From: Octopus vulgaris
Lineage: Eukaryota
DNA length: 64,000 bases
Assembly: GCA_951406725.2 (NCBI GenBank)
Contig: OX597833.1
Coordinates: 56,544,001 to 56,608,000 of the forward strand
Direction of reading: 5' to 3'
Position 1 is the first letter of the stretch, and each line of letters starts with the position of its first letter. Under the pieces are notes generated by a model that was not told the origin of the DNA, searched no databases, and saw only the letters and a program-made list of their open reading frames with translations. Below, one piece after another: positions 12,427 through 26,499 of this stretch. The position numbers were made by a program, and so were the translations under genes.

Positions 12427-12915
12427 ATTATGTGGAAACCTATAAATGTAAGAGTTCTATATAGAATCTATTAGTACGAAGATGAAACAATAACTAATAT
12501 GATTAAGCTCTCTGATGAAGCAAGTTTTATTCAAGGAAAGAATTTATGACATAATGTAGATGAGAAGAGCCTGGGCTAATATTGATTGAGAAACTGATGC
12601 TACAAGCAGAGTTTCACTATTAGTAAATATTTATAAAAATAATCCACACACACAAAAAAAAAAAAATATCACACCATTCTTAGAAAGAAGGAATGTATAT
12701 TCACTATCAAAAACTTGGTTTGGATTCAAAAGTTGCTTGTGAAATAGGTAAAGTGCATAGATTCTTAGTTCATAAGTTGAAAACTAACTAAAATAAGGAT
12801 TAATGATAGTTAACCCTTTTGATGCTAAACCACCTGAGACTGCCCTTGTTATTTTTATACAAAATAACCATTTTAAAGTGTTCTACTGAAATTTAATATT
12901 ATTTATATTACAAAT

Positions 12916-13235
12916 GGATGGAAGCACTCCGTCGGTTACGACGATGAGAGTTCCGGTTGATCCGAATCAACGGAACAGCCTGCTCATGAAATTAACGTGT
13001 AAGTGGCTGAGCACTCCACAGACACGTGCACCCTTAACGTAGTTCTCAGGGATATTCAGCGTGACACAGAGAGTGACAAGGCCGGCCCCTTGAAATACAG
13101 GTACAACAGAAACAGGAAGTAAGAGTGGAGTGAGAGAAAGTTGAGGCGAAAGAGTACAACAGGGTCGCCACCACCCCCTGCTGGAGCCTCTGGGAATCGA
13201 AACCGCGATCCTCCGACCACGAATCCGCTGCCCTA
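12916..13235 (-). mobile_element. tRNA(Arg)-like-headed SINE (octopus OR-type) with 11-bp TSD
   Basis: Head TAGGGCAGCGGATTCGTGGTCGGAGGATCGCGGTTTCGATTCC. TSD ATATTACAAAT at 12905-12915 and 13236-13246. Confidence 0.8.
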
Positions 13236-13986
13236 ATATTACAAATACCAGCTACTAAATCAATTTTTAATTCGTTTGATAGCAATACTTGAGGATTTGG
13301 CTTGTTAAATGCAATAGGTTTCTCTAGCTGGATCAAACACTGAAAATGTCTTCAAGTTTTTCTTTTAAATGCTTACTTCATATTCTAAGATAAGAAAATC
13401 TAATGAATTGTAATTCAAATGTGAATATTTTTCTTAAGACAGAAGACAATGATTAAATCATGAATAATGTACAAGAGTTAAAGAGAAAATCTTCACACTA
13501 ATCTACATCACACTTTTCCCTTTTCCTCTCTTTCTCCCTCCCTGTTGTTCATTGTGTTTGAAACTGATCTCTGTTACAGGTTGAGAGTCCTCTGATAAAT
13601 ATACTACTAAATACAATACTACACTGTTATTAACAAGGCGGTAGTCTGTTTGTAGACAGCTTTTTCTTTATATATATATATAATCTCCTTTTGAGAAATG
13701 CTGTTTTAACTCAACTTCTCTCTATCTTATCTTATTCCTAAAACAGACATTTCTTACCAGCTGGAGTAATCTATTGTAGTAGACTCAACAGAAAGGGGTT
13801 TACTCTATATTTTCTCATCAGTTCTAATGAGTTATTTTTCTGCTCCTTAGTATATAACTCCTCAGATATAGTTAGCCATAGTGGATCTTCCTTGCTGAGC
13901 CAAAGTCTTCATCTGTGTGCTATGACTAAGCCATGAGGATTGGTTTGTAATGAGTAATAGTCATTGCGATACTCTTGTAATACTCT

Positions 13987-14998
13987 TGTAGCGTACCCGT
14001 AGTGAAATTCATCCTCTCCCTCTGACATATATAGCATAAATACGGATGTAGCAGATAACAGCTAACCTTTGACCGCTCGGGCCATGTTGTGTCCACTACT
14101 CTGATTGGTTGGTATTAGCACAGTTTGTCTCTTGCTGTATTATGCGCCAATGTGCGACCCAACCAATTACAGCCTTCTGATAAGGTCCCGTGACACAGTC
14201 TTCTAAATTCTCTGCTGGGGCTTATAATTTGCTATAAAACAGCGATTTATCAAATCGACTATCTTTGGTTCTCACCACTGACCACAGAGCACTCAGCCAT
14301 GTTCCAGCGACACACAGCCAGTTCCAGCGACTCAGCCAATTCCAGGGACAGACATCACCACTAGCAATATTTCTGGACCTCCACCTACATCACCATCTTA
14401 ATGTCATCTCCACCACCGTCACCTTTATCTTAACGACACCAACAGCAACTTTGCCTATGTTTAACTTCTCACTGTTTGTGAATACTTCACCATAGTTAAC
14501 AGTAAGCTCAACCTGCGAGTACTTTCTGTGCCAAGTAACCCGGCACAGCATAGCAGCCACAACTGCTACACGACGTGTTCAACCAGCTCTGCCTTGTGAC
14601 CTCAACTTCATTGTTACAGAATTTCTACTACTGTGTACTTTACTACGGACTGTTATTTAGCTTCAACTTGTGTCTGAACTTCTAGCATCCTGTTATAGAC
14701 TCATTTCTATGCTCTGTATTTTATCTCACATGCATACACCCTTGTTTGTACACACATACACATTATTGTATGCCTGACGACCTGTCTATTATTATTGTTC
14801 TTATTATCATCATCTTTAACATCCGTTTTCCATGCTAGCATGGGTTGCACACATGTACACACACTCTGCTACCCACAAGCTAACATCTAAATAAACCTTT
14901 CTCTTAAATATACTATGGTTGTATTGTCTTCTCTTTTCCTTTCTGGCACCTGTATTTATTTATCCATATTTTGGCTTTTATTCTAAGGCGACCGTGCA
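13987..14998 (+). mobile_element. Possible solo LTR
   Basis: About 1 kb, CpG-richer than flanks, TG...CA ends, TATAAAA at 14233, AATAAA at 14890. No matching TSD found. Confidence 0.35.
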
Positions 14999-15002
14999 GT
15001 GT

Positions 15003-15482
15003 TTGACCCTTTTGTTACTAACCCAGCCAAAACAAGCTCTGGCTCTGTGGTAAAATGTCTTGTTTTCATAAGTTTTGAGTTAAAATCTTCCACCAAACCT
15101 TAGTCACAATTTATGTTCCTAACACTAGCTCAATGATAACTAAGTTATTTTACTAAATTCTTTCTTATATTTAAAATAATTGAAAGAAACACAGAGCATC
15201 TCAAAATAAATACAGTAACGAATGGATTAAATATATAATAGAGGAACAATTCTTAACCCTTTTGATACCAACCCAGCTGAAACTGCCTCTGGCTCTGTAG
15301 TACAAATGTCTTGTTTTCATACGTTTTGAGTTAAAATCTTCCACCAAACCTTAGTCACAATTTATGTTCCTAACACTAGCTCAATGATAACCAAATTATT
15401 TTACTAAATTCTTTCTTATATTTAAAATAATTGAAAGAAACACAGAGCATCTAAAAAATAAATACAGTAGTGAAAGGGTTAA
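15003..15482 (+). mobile_element. piggyBac-like MITE head-to-tail dimer
   Basis: Two ~228-bp units (TT(A/G)ACCCTTT...AAAGGGTTAA) at 15003-15230 and 15253-15482, joined by a 22-bp spacer. Confidence 0.85.
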
Positions 15483-18400
15483 AGGAGTCATTCATTCGTC
15501 ACCTCTCCTTTTGAACGGTCGTTCTACAAGTTCCTTTGCAATTTCTGACTGTAACACAGTGTGGTAACTCTTATGATATGCTGGAGACACATGAAAAAAA
15601 TTTAGTAGCTGCTTTATTTGATGTATATGCCTGAATAGTACAGTAAAAATGTTATCCAGTGGTGGATGAGAAGTGAAATCTAAAAGATGACAGGATGCTA
15701 AGATGATGGAGTCAGATGCCAATGGATATAAAATTATTTTATTTTCAATATTCACTAACATTCCAGTTTGGTTTTATGCTCTAAGCCGATTGTAGGTAGA
15801 GTTTTATGTCCATGTGATATCAGAAAATATTAGTCAGTGTACCGATACTTAAATATGATGGAATTATTGATGCTTAGAAACTTCAGGTGTTGAATAGGAT
15901 TCATATTCACCCTGGAATCCAAATGATTCCACAATATTTTCTATCCTTGGGTATGAATAATGTTTTACACAGAAAAAACATAGTTCCATGAGCTTTCTCC
16001 ACTTTTCTTCAGTGGGAGAATTGTTATATATAGAATGAAGACTATTATACTACATTTTACATATCTTTGAGTTAGAGCATTGTTATATATATACAAAGAT
16101 TGGTTTCCATTGGGTTTTCATATGTTTTCAAAAGGTTTCCTTATTCATAGCAAGGAGTTCACCCCACTGTATATCAATGTCCTTCAGTGGGAATATTGTT
16201 TCACACAGAAGGAAAATGCTAAAGAAGATCAATACCACATGTACACCTACTTCTATATACTTCATAAACACAAGATTTAGTATACTAACAGTCAACTTGA
16301 TGATCATTCTCTTGTAAAACTCATACAGTTGACAAATTTTCATATATTGTTGTATTCTCAGTATTTTGTTAAAAGCTCACATACACACATGCATGCACAC
16401 CTGCACACACACACACTCACGACCATAAACATAATGTAGTTTATGTCACTCTTCCTGTAAGGCCTGTACTGTACACCAAAATTCCTGCTAATTACAAATC
16501 TTCCCAAGCTACATTGCTTTCTCGATAGCAAATCTTTACCACCAACCACTGTAAGAATTTTAACATCATCATCTTCACTGTGAATATTCCTGTAGTACAC
16601 AGAAGGAGAAAGTCTCTGCTCCTACTATACACGTCTCTTAATTTTACATAGTCATGTTTGCATCTCCTTCTTTCTTCTTCCACTGGTTTCAATCATGACA
16701 CTATGGCTGGGTTGGGGTGCTTTTATTACTGAGACCCACAAAATAATAGATCGCTTATATAAACAGGAAGAAAGACTATGAATAGGGACACTTCAACCCT
16801 GATTTAGAATCTCAGCATAGATAAAGCCAAAATCAAAAAGATTTGCTGTGTTTTGAAACTTTAGTGACTGAGTAAACTTCTGGTAAAAGACTGAGGGAAT
16901 GGCAAATGGTTACAAACTCATATAGAATACAGTGGTTAACTGGAACCACTACTTTAATATCAATTGATTCTCCATGCAGAGATGTACCTCAACATTTCTT
17001 GGTGTCAAGAAGGGCATCCAGTTGGATAAAAATCTGCCCCAACTTACATTTGTCAAATCCATAAAAGCATGGGAAAGATGATACACACACACATATACCT
17101 ACATACATGCATACATACATTTTATACACATATACAGTGGCGTTAGGAAGGGCATCCAGTTTGGCGTTAGGAAACTCTGCCAGATCAAGATTGAAGCCTG
17201 GTGCAGCCAACTGGTTCGCCAGCCCTTTAAGGAATTACTGAAGGTGCCAAGTGCCTTAGTCTCCAAAAGCCTGTCACAATAAATCTTCTTTAGTTTCAGC
17301 ATGGGGAAATAACAAGACAATTGCAGCCTGAATCTTTATAGTTTTTGGCAGAAGCAAATTGTATGAAGATCACCAATTTCATTTTTTGTTTTTAATAATA
17401 AACTGTGAATATGTATCTATAATCTAAAACATGAACCCCAGTACTCTATTAATGAACCAAAATCCAGTTACTACATTCACACAAACAAGAAGCAAATATA
17501 CATAATCGTGTGTATATAATAGCGGGCAAACAGAGCTGGTAGACTGGCATTCAGACAGGTGTGTATATTTGGCTCAAACCAGTTAGATAAGGTCAAATAA
17601 GCATTTCACGTTCAAATGCTGTATAGGTGCCAAAGAAATTTAACAATATGGAGCCAAGTCTGCACTACTTGGCAGACACATCAAGAATGTCTTGTTCAGC
17701 GGGCAAAAAATTTTAAAATGTAAATCACTGCTAAATATATTGCAATACACATGGAGAAATTTGCATAATTATGTGTTAATTGATGCATCTATGTATAGAG
17801 TGAATTGTATGCATACACACTAATTGGTGTTTTATCTATAAACAAAATTTATGGTTTCAAATTACAAATATAGTAACAAGAAAAGTAACAAACATTACGA
17901 ACGGTTAATTTATATCCACAATGTGCATGTACAGGCGCACTTAAGTATGATGCTGTCGATGATGATGATAGTCGTTACCTCATTATCATCTTCATCACCA
18001 TAAACAAGACAGCAATCATGACAAGATGATTTGTCATGACCATCCTGTGTAGTCTAATAATCTCGATCATGTTTATAATTGAAGAGTATGATTATGATGG
18101 CTACAAAGATGAACATGGTGGCAATAATGACAACGATGATCATGCTCGTACTAATACTGATGATGATTAAGATTTTAATTCCTATGGCCAATTTTTCAGA
18201 ATGCATACTTCCATCAGCCATTAACCTAACGATCATCATCATTATCAATGCTACCACCATCACTAACTATCATAGTCACATCCAATAACTCCCTCATTAT
18301 CATCAGCAGCTTTATTTTTCTCTCTTTTTTTTCTGTGGGAAACTAGTAAAATCCACTAGATACAAACATAAATCATACTCAAATACAACCACAGACGAAA

Positions 18401-18768
18401 TAAGCTATGTAAGCAACCTGATGTTAAAAGTCAAACAATTTTAAATTTGGTGATTATCATGTCGTTATTTACATCATTCCCTTGATCACTTGCCGCCTGC
18501 TACAAAAACATGGCATCATCACATCACTATCATCACTTCATTCAGAAGATTAGGCTGAGAAATGAATAAATAAATGAATGCACACACACACATGAAGATC
18601 CACTGCAAGGCAGCTTGCACAAGTATATCTACTATAGTTCCAGTGGATTTGGTAGACAGAAACTAAGAAGCTTATTGTGTGTGTATGTGTGTGTGCTTGT
18701 GCATATGGGTGTGCTTATAGTTCCTGTTGCCTTTACATATGTTGGATGGTTGTAAACACAGGCCTCAT

Positions 18769-19217
18769 ATATTTCTTTACTGCCCACAAGGGGCTAAACA
18801 TAGAGGGGACAAACAAGGACAGACAAAGGGATTAAGTCGATTACATCTACCCCAGTGCGTAACTGGTACTTAATTTATCGACCCCGAAAGGATGAAAGGC
18901 AAAGTCGACCTCGGCGGAATTTGAACTCAGAACGTAGCGGCAGACGAAATACTGCTAAGCATTGCGCCCGGCGTGCTAACGTTTCTTATTTTTTTATTGC
19001 CCACGAGGGGCTAAACATAAAGGGGACAAACAGGGACAGACAAAGGGATTAAGTCGATTACATCGACCCCAGTGCGTAACTGGTACTTAATTTATCGACC
19101 ACGAAAAGATGAAAGGCAAAGTCGACCTCAGCGGAATTTGAACTCAGAACGTAATGGCAGACAAAATACAGCTATACATTTCACCTGGCGTGCTAACGTT
19201 TCTGCCAGCTCGCCGCC
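18769..19217 (-). mobile_element. SINE family B (Deu/Nin-domain-like core), two tandem copies
   Basis: On minus GCCTTTCATCCTTTCGGGGTCGATAAATTAAGTACCAG occurs twice. B-box GAGTTCAAATTCC. AAAGAAATA tail. Confidence 0.8.
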
Positions 19218-19490
19218 TCATAAGCAAACAGTGTCATTTGCGTGCAACCCGCCATGAAAGCATGTCTGGGCTTCATGACATGTCTTTCCATGGTGTGGAC
19301 TGTTTGTTGTTTGACAGACTGGGAGATTATTACCTTGCTTGGAAACAGGTATTCACTTGGTGTCAGGAAGGGCATCCAGTTGGATAAAAATCTGCCCCAA
19401 CTTACATTTGTCAGACCCATAAAAGCATGGAAAAGATGATACGCACACTTACATACATACATGCATACATACATTTTATACACATATACA

Positions 19491-19681
19491 TTGGCGTTAG
19501 GAAGGGCATCCAGCTTGGCGTTAGGAAGGGCACCCAGCTTGGCATTAGGAAGGGCATCCAGCTTGGTATTAGGAAGGGCATCCAGCTTGGTGTTAGGAAG
19601 GGCATCCAGCTTGGCATTAGGAAGGGCATCCAGCTTGGTATTAGGAAGGGCATCCAGCTTGGCGTTAGGAAGGGCATCCAG
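19491..19681 (+). repeat. 24-bp minisatellite x8 derived from the RTE 3' UTR
   Basis: TTGGYRTTAGGAAGGGCAYCCAGC repeated 8 times without spacers, continuing into the RTE tail to ~19806. Confidence 0.95.
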
Positions 19682-21261
19682 GTGTAGAAACTCTGCCAGG
19701 TCAAGATTGAAGCCTGGTGCAGCCAACTGGTTCGCCAGACCCCCTCAGTCACACGTCCAACTCATGCTAGCATGGAAAGCGGACGTTAAACGATGATGAT
19801 GATGATACATATATGTTGAGCAAGAACTGCTTGACAATTTGCAAATTCTGAATATTACAGAACAAAGAAGAAGAAAAAAACCAGCAGCCATTCAGCTTAG
19901 AATTGATAGAATTTAACAGCAGATAATTAGATAGTTAATAAGTAGGTTGCAATAAAATTGAAGAAGAATTTGTGAAAAGTGGGGGAGGAGGGGGGAGGAA
20001 GAAAGAAAATACAGAAAACAGGGAAAAATATCTATAGATATTATATAATTAGAAAATGTTCAACTGAAGATAAAAATTTTAAATGTTTGTTGTGTCTTGT
20101 TTTATTTTATAATGGGATGGATAAAAGCAGTTGAGATTTTTTTTTGTCAGTCACAAGATTTACACTGTTTATAGCTTTAAGGAAGTTCAGAACTACATAT
20201 TTCTCTATGCATAAGGACTATACATATTCACATTGCATGCATGTGTATGTGTGTCTGTGTGTGCGTGTGTGTGTGCGTGCACGCGTTTGCATGCCTGTCG
20301 GTCTGTTTACTTGTAACATATCTCTCTCTCGTATATCTGTATAGTGTATCTAAGTATGTGCGTATGTACGTATTTATTCCTGTAATTATTGCAAGCTAGC
20401 CAATTCTTAACTATATATTCATCTGACTGTTTTCTTATCTATCTTTAAATCTTTGGCTGTTCCTTCACCAAACCAGCTGCCTCCTCCCAATACACCATCC
20501 ATGCATCCATTCATTCATTTACCCATCTGTCTATCTATAGATTCATTATTTATTATTTTTTTATTTTTTGCCTGTACACTAAAGTACACAATATTTGATA
20601 GTATCCTTTTCAGTAAATGCTTCCAGTTTTTCCGTCCTTTAATGAAACCCAATGTCTGTAAGAAACAGAGTTCTAGGAAACTGTCTGAGGTTAGTATCAG
20701 CAAAAAAAGTATACAGTGACCTTTCTTTGGCCATCGGTTACGACTTGTTCTTTGGATTGCAAAAATGACACAAAATATGTCTGTTGTAATAGTAGTAGTA
20801 GATTTTAACATTACTAATACTAAATAATGATGATTTCTTTTGGTTAAGTATACAATAACTGTGGGCAAGATATTGAGACCAAACAATATATTTCTGGTAC
20901 TTATTTACTGACCTCTATGGGATGAAAGGTAAAAATCCTCAAACAGAAATTTCACAAAGCCAATGCTGTTTGGGTGGGGCAGGTATGGTTGATATTTATT
21001 TCACCAATACTAGTACCTGTTTTATGAAACCCACAAGTGTGCATTTCATTGAATCCAGAAGGATGAAAGGCAAAATTATTGCAGTGAGATTTAAGCACAT
21101 AATGAGTAGTAGTGAAACCAAAAAGTGTAATGTATCTAGTTAGAATCCCCAACTTTCTAACAATATAAAACTCTTAAAAATATTTAACAATAATGATTTA
21201 TATCCTCGTTTAAGCCCAGATATTATGGTGGTGGATATAATTAATTCAACCAGTCACATTA

Positions 21262-21482
21262 CGATGGGGTGCTAAAAAGTTCCTGTCTTTAGGTAAAAGA
21301 AAATACAAGAGGATCAGTTAATTGTGATTTTATCCAACATATTCCCCTTTCAGATTTACACACTTATTGCAGCAGCAGTCATTCAGTTTTGTTAAGCCCT
21401 GTAAAAGAACCCAGAAGTTTTGGGCTTCCAACCAGGCCTTTCGTGATATGCTTAAAGCCAGGAACTTTTCAGCACCTCCTCG
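21262..21482. mobile_element. mariner-like MITE
   Basis: TA|CGATGGGGTGCTAAAAAGTTCCTG ... CAGGAACTTTTCAGCACCTCCTCG|TA: ~30-bp imperfect TIRs, TA TSD. Confidence 0.8.
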
Positions 21483-21569
21483 TATTTGACAGTTACTTGT
21501 TTATCAACCCCATTAGGATAAAAAGAAAAGTTGATTCCAGTTGTATTCAAGCTAATGTAATGGTATAAA

Positions 21570-21948
21570 ATCAAATCAAAATCAAAATCGATCAGTATCA
21601 ATGGAATTTGTAGTTGTGGTACCAGTGCCGGTGGCACATAAGAGAACCATCCGAACGTGGCCATAGCCAGCACTACATCGACTGGCCTCCGTGCTGGTGG
21701 CACATAACAAACACCACTCGATCGTGGCCGTTGCCAGCCTCGCCTGGCCTACGTGTCGGTGGCACATAAAAAGCACCCACAACACTCACGGAGTGGTTGG
21801 CGTTAGGAAGGGCATCCAGCTGTAGAAACACTGCGAGATCTGACTGGCCTGGTGCAGCCTTCGGGTTTCGCAGACCCCAGTTGAACCGTTCAACCCATGC
21901 TAGCATGGAAAGCAGATGTTAAACAATGATGATGATGATGATGATGAT
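21570..21948 (+). mobile_element. RTE 3'-UTR fragment with (GAT)n tail
   Basis: Same core and tail as 3090-3523. Confidence 0.85.
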
Positions 21949-23334
21949 CACAAGACATAGAGTCTGGCACTTTACTGGCTTTGTGATCCAGATGAATGAA
22001 AATAAGATAAAGAACAACAACTATAATAATAATTATAATCTCTCCTGACGTATTGTAAATATTATTTTCTTTTACTATATTCTTGTATCATGAATATGAC
22101 GTGAAGGAAAAAACATAATAAACTGAAACAAACTGCATATAGAGAGAAAATAGTTGATCAACTTTGATGAAACAATAATGAAGAACAGAATAACGAGGTA
22201 GTGGCAGAGGAGGGGAGTAAAAAATCAAAAATGGTCTTCAACTTTGAATACAAAATCACCTGATAAACATAATTAGTAGCTAGGCTGTGTGTTTGGACTG
22301 AAACTATTTCGCTTGTTTAATCTTAACAGATGTTTTTAACCAATACAATAACGATGATAAACAATTTGATGAGAAAGTTTGCCACAAAACATTTGGCAAC
22401 AAATTAACTACTTGGAATGTATTAATTTCATGAAGTTTATACGGTTCCTTTACAGAAACTATTATTAATTTCTGTATTGATGATTATTCTTTTTTGTTTT
22501 GTCTGCGTACATTTTTTTCATTCTTGCACAGGTCGTATGATATTGCAAATTTAGGTTTATACATAAATTAGGCCCAAAACGAAGCTGTTAGTTGTTGGCA
22601 ATTTTCTGGTTAGCTGTCAGTAATTTTCTGGAGAGAGGGAAAACCTTAAGCTTTAATACTCTATTCTATTACAGTTATACCAATTTCTCAGTCATTTCTG
22701 AGTGTAAGATACTTTCAGTAGAAAAGGTTTCATTGAATAGATCTGAATAGAAAAGATTTCATAGAACAGAATGGTTCAAACGTATGTTCATCCACCCCTC
22801 AACCATTCCCAAACTTTATAGTCTGTCTCCTCATCCTTTCATCTTCTGCTATTCCTACAATCTTGCAAACCACTCATCTACCCACTTCTATTCACCCTGT
22901 GGGGCCACCTGGGCTCCTTATTGATATAATCTATCCCTTTGCAGCTCCTACTAATCATTTTCTTTTTCTTCTCCCTCTCCATCCCCTACTAAATGTGTAT
23001 AGCCATACCGGTCCTCTACAAGAACCTGCTCTGACATCCTTGCTTCTCAAAGTTTAACACCTCATCTCCTGGCATGAAGATGACCTTACTTTACTCACTT
23101 CCCCCAGAGTTTGTAGTCTTGCAAGCTGTATGGCAACCTCAATAGAGCAGGTGGCATAAAAAAAGCACTCAGTATACACTGTAAAGTGGCTGGCATTAGG
23201 AAGGGATCCAACCAGTAGAAACCATCCCAAAGCAAACATTAAAGTACAATGCAGTGCTTGGACTCATCAAATCCTGTTTAACCATCCAACTCATGCCACC
23301 CTGGGACACAGACGTTAAATGATAATGGTGATGG

Positions 23335-23369
<35 letters not shown>

Positions 23370-24298
23370 GTACATTATTTACAATGGACGGATAAGTGTC
23401 CTCATCTTGCTTGTTGTTACCACAACATTTCAAATGATGTACCCGCCATCTTTCATCAGGTGTTCTGGTGGAATTTCGAACCCAACCTTTGTTTCACTAA
23501 AAAAACTGTTTGTTTTAAGACATTCCAGTTATGACCATACAATTTAAAAATTTTATTGGAGGTGAGTGGGTGGGGCATAGATTGCCCTCAACTGCATTAT
23601 CTAATGTGTCCCCCCCCCCTTTTTTTTTCTAAGATTGTAGGGTGTGGTTTGGGGGAGATTAGGCTGGCATTTGAAGCAAGCCAAGCCAAGCCACCAAACT
23701 GATACTTCATTATTGGTGGCTGTTGTTGTTTGTGATAATAATTTTGATGATGACAATGATGATGCAGAAACCAGTAAAGTTCTTTATTGCTACACTGTAT
23801 AGTTACTTATTATCAATGTCTTTCTTTCTCTTCTTCATTGTGTTTGTCCAGCCTTCAGTTGATATGAGAAACTGCTGAAATCCCAGGTCCACTTTATCCC
23901 AGTTTCCTGATAGCATGAAGCATAGTGTCTCTGGTTTTTTTCTAAATAATACTTGTCAGTTTTATATTTATGTCGAAAAACAAGATTATAGAAGTTATTT
24001 TTGTTTGCTTGTACATTTTCCTTTCTCTTTCCATTGGAGATGTCTAACAATTGTTATGTAAATGGACACTTGGTCACAAATACCACAGAATGACATTTGC
24101 ACGGAATTATAGCTGCCCCTGACAACTGGTTGATAACTAGAAACACTTTGGGAAAAAATGAATAAAATGAAGCAAATACATGTTTTTATTCATACTAAAT
24201 TCATGCCATTTAATTTTATTTCATTTAATGCATAACCTCATCCCACCCCATAACTCAAAGACAAAACAAGTAGCATGATTACAGTTTGTCAAGAATGT

Positions 24299-24778
24299 TT
24301 AACCCTTTCGTTACCAACACAGCTGAAACCGGCTCTGGCTCTGAGTACAAATGTATTTTTTACATAAGTTTTGAATTAAAATCTTCCACCAAACCTTAAT
24401 CACAATTTATGTTCCTAACATTAGCTTAATGATAACTAAGTTATTTTACTAAATTCTTTGTTATATTTAAAGTTAATTGAAAGAAATACAGAGCATCTCA
24501 AAATAAATACAGTAACGAATGGATTAAATATATAATAGAGGAACGATTCTTAACCCTTTTGATACCAACCCAGCTGAAACCACCTCTGGTTCTGTAGTAC
24601 AAATGTCTTGTTTACATAAGTTTTGAATTAAAAGTTTCCACCAAACCTTAGTCAAAATTTATGTTCCTAACACTAGCTTAATGATAACTAAATTATTTTA
24701 CTAAATTCTTTGTTATATTTAAAATAATTGAAAGAAACACTGAGCATCTCAAAATAAATACGGTAATGAAAGGGTTAA
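24299..24778 (+). mobile_element. piggyBac-like MITE dimer (second copy)
   Basis: TTAA-bounded units at 24299-24527 and 24550-24778 with the same spacer as at 15.2 kb (1 difference). Confidence 0.9.
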
Positions 24779-25014
24779 GATAGGTAAGTATGCTGCTTGG
24801 TTATGGGGAAAGAGATTTTTCTATGAACTTGACATATTTTTCGTTGACTCTCAAAGATATTAATTTTTTTTATGATGTTGGGCTTATGATGTAAAATTAT
24901 ATATAATTTGCAAATAAATGCCAGAGACAGAGGAAATTAGTGATGGTGTACATCAACAAAAATTATCGTTGATAATTTTCATCAGAGGAGAGATCTTTCT
25001 CTGATCTTCTATCA

Positions 25015-25813
25015 TTTTACTTGTTTCAATCATTGGACTGTTGCCATGTTGTTGGAGCATCACCTTTAAGGGTTCAGTTGGACAAATTGACCCCAGTACT
25101 TATTTTTAAAGTTTGGTATTTATTCTGTCTCTTTTGTTTAAGTGCTAAGTCATGGGGACATAAGCCAATACTGTTAGTCAAGCAGTGAGGGTGAGGACAA
25201 ATACACCCCCCACACACACACACAGGCGTCTGTCTGTCTACCAAATACACTTACAAGAGTTTGTTCAGCTCAGGGCTCTAGTAAAAGACAGTTGCCCAAG
25301 GTGCCCTACAGTGGGACTGAACCCAAGACTACATGGTTAGGAGTAGGCTTCTTACTCACACAGCCATGTTCACACCAAACTTACCTGAACTGGTGAACAT
25401 TGGTTGACTATTAGATACTCTTTACTTGTTTCAGTCAGTTGACTGTGGCCATGCTGGAGCACCGCCTTTAGTCGAGCAACTCGACCCCGGGACTTATTCT
25501 TTGTAAGCCCAGTACTTATTCTATCGGTCTCTTTTGCAGAACCGCTAAGTGACGGGGACATAAACACACCAGCATCGGTTGTTGGGGGGACAAACACAGA
25601 CACACAAACATACATGCACACACACATATATATATATATATACATATATACGACGGGCTTCTTTCAGTTTCCGCCTACCAAATCCACTCACAAGGCTTTG
25701 GTCGACCCGAGGCTATAGTAGAAGACACTTGCCCAAGGTGCCACGCAGTGGGACTGAACCCGGAACCATGTGGTTGGTAAGCAAGCTACTTACCACACAG
25801 CCACTCCTGCGCC
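25015..25813 (-). mobile_element. Two SINE family A copies (old 25015-25367, young 25416-25813)
   Basis: Homology to 3532-3898. Confidence 0.8.
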
Positions 25814-26280
25814 TAGATAGATCACAAAGTAAAAAAACCCAAAAAGTTTTTAAATATATTAAAATTGAAAATGTAGCTAAATAAGTTGCACACTAGTTAC
25901 AATGAAAATCGAGTAGGTAAATGTTCTTAGTTCAAACAGTCTTCTAAAACATTTCAAAATATATTCTAAATAAAAGCATTTGAAGTTACTGATAATTTCT
26001 CAAGTAAATATAATTATTTTTACTAGTATTTAGTTAAAATGTAATCCATTTAATTTTAATCACTTAGTCTGCAGAAATGTTTTATTTTTACGAAGATTAT
26101 TAAGGATATTTCTTCTGGAATCTCTCTTGTTTTATCAATTTTTGAGCAGATTTCAAAATCTTCTGGTATCACAATCATCTAATCTGCCTTTATGACTGAT
26201 GATCCTTCAAAATTCTCTTGTATTTGCAAATGTTCTTTCCTGGTGCTACTATTTAGTTCTCTGAAAGATGATCTGAGAAG

Positions 26281-26499
26281 GTGGCGAGCTGGCAGAAACG
26301 TTAGCACGCCGGGCAAAATGCTTTGCGGTATTTCGTTCTGAGTTCAAATTCCGCCGAGGTCGACTTTGCCTTTCATCCTTTCAGAGTCGAATTAAATAAG
26401 TACCAGTTATGCACTGGGGTCGATATAATAGACTTAATCCGTTTGTCTGTCCTTGTTTGTTCTCTCTGTGTTTAGCCCCTTGTGGGTAGTAAAGAAATA
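26281..26499 (+). mobile_element. SINE family B
   Basis: GGCGAGCTGGCAGAAACGTTAG...GCCTTTCATCCTTTC...AAAGAAATA. Confidence 0.85.

Noticed and set aside
16450-16590. Possible minus-strand exon (NIHSEDDDVKILTVVGGKDLLSRK...)
   Set aside because: Plausible acceptor, but weak donor and no recognisable homology.
19193-19726. ORF with LDALPNAK repeats (LRR-like) and a CRISPR-like 24-bp array
   Set aside because: Spacer-less tandem amplification of an RTE 3'-UTR 24-mer in eukaryotic DNA; no cas genes.
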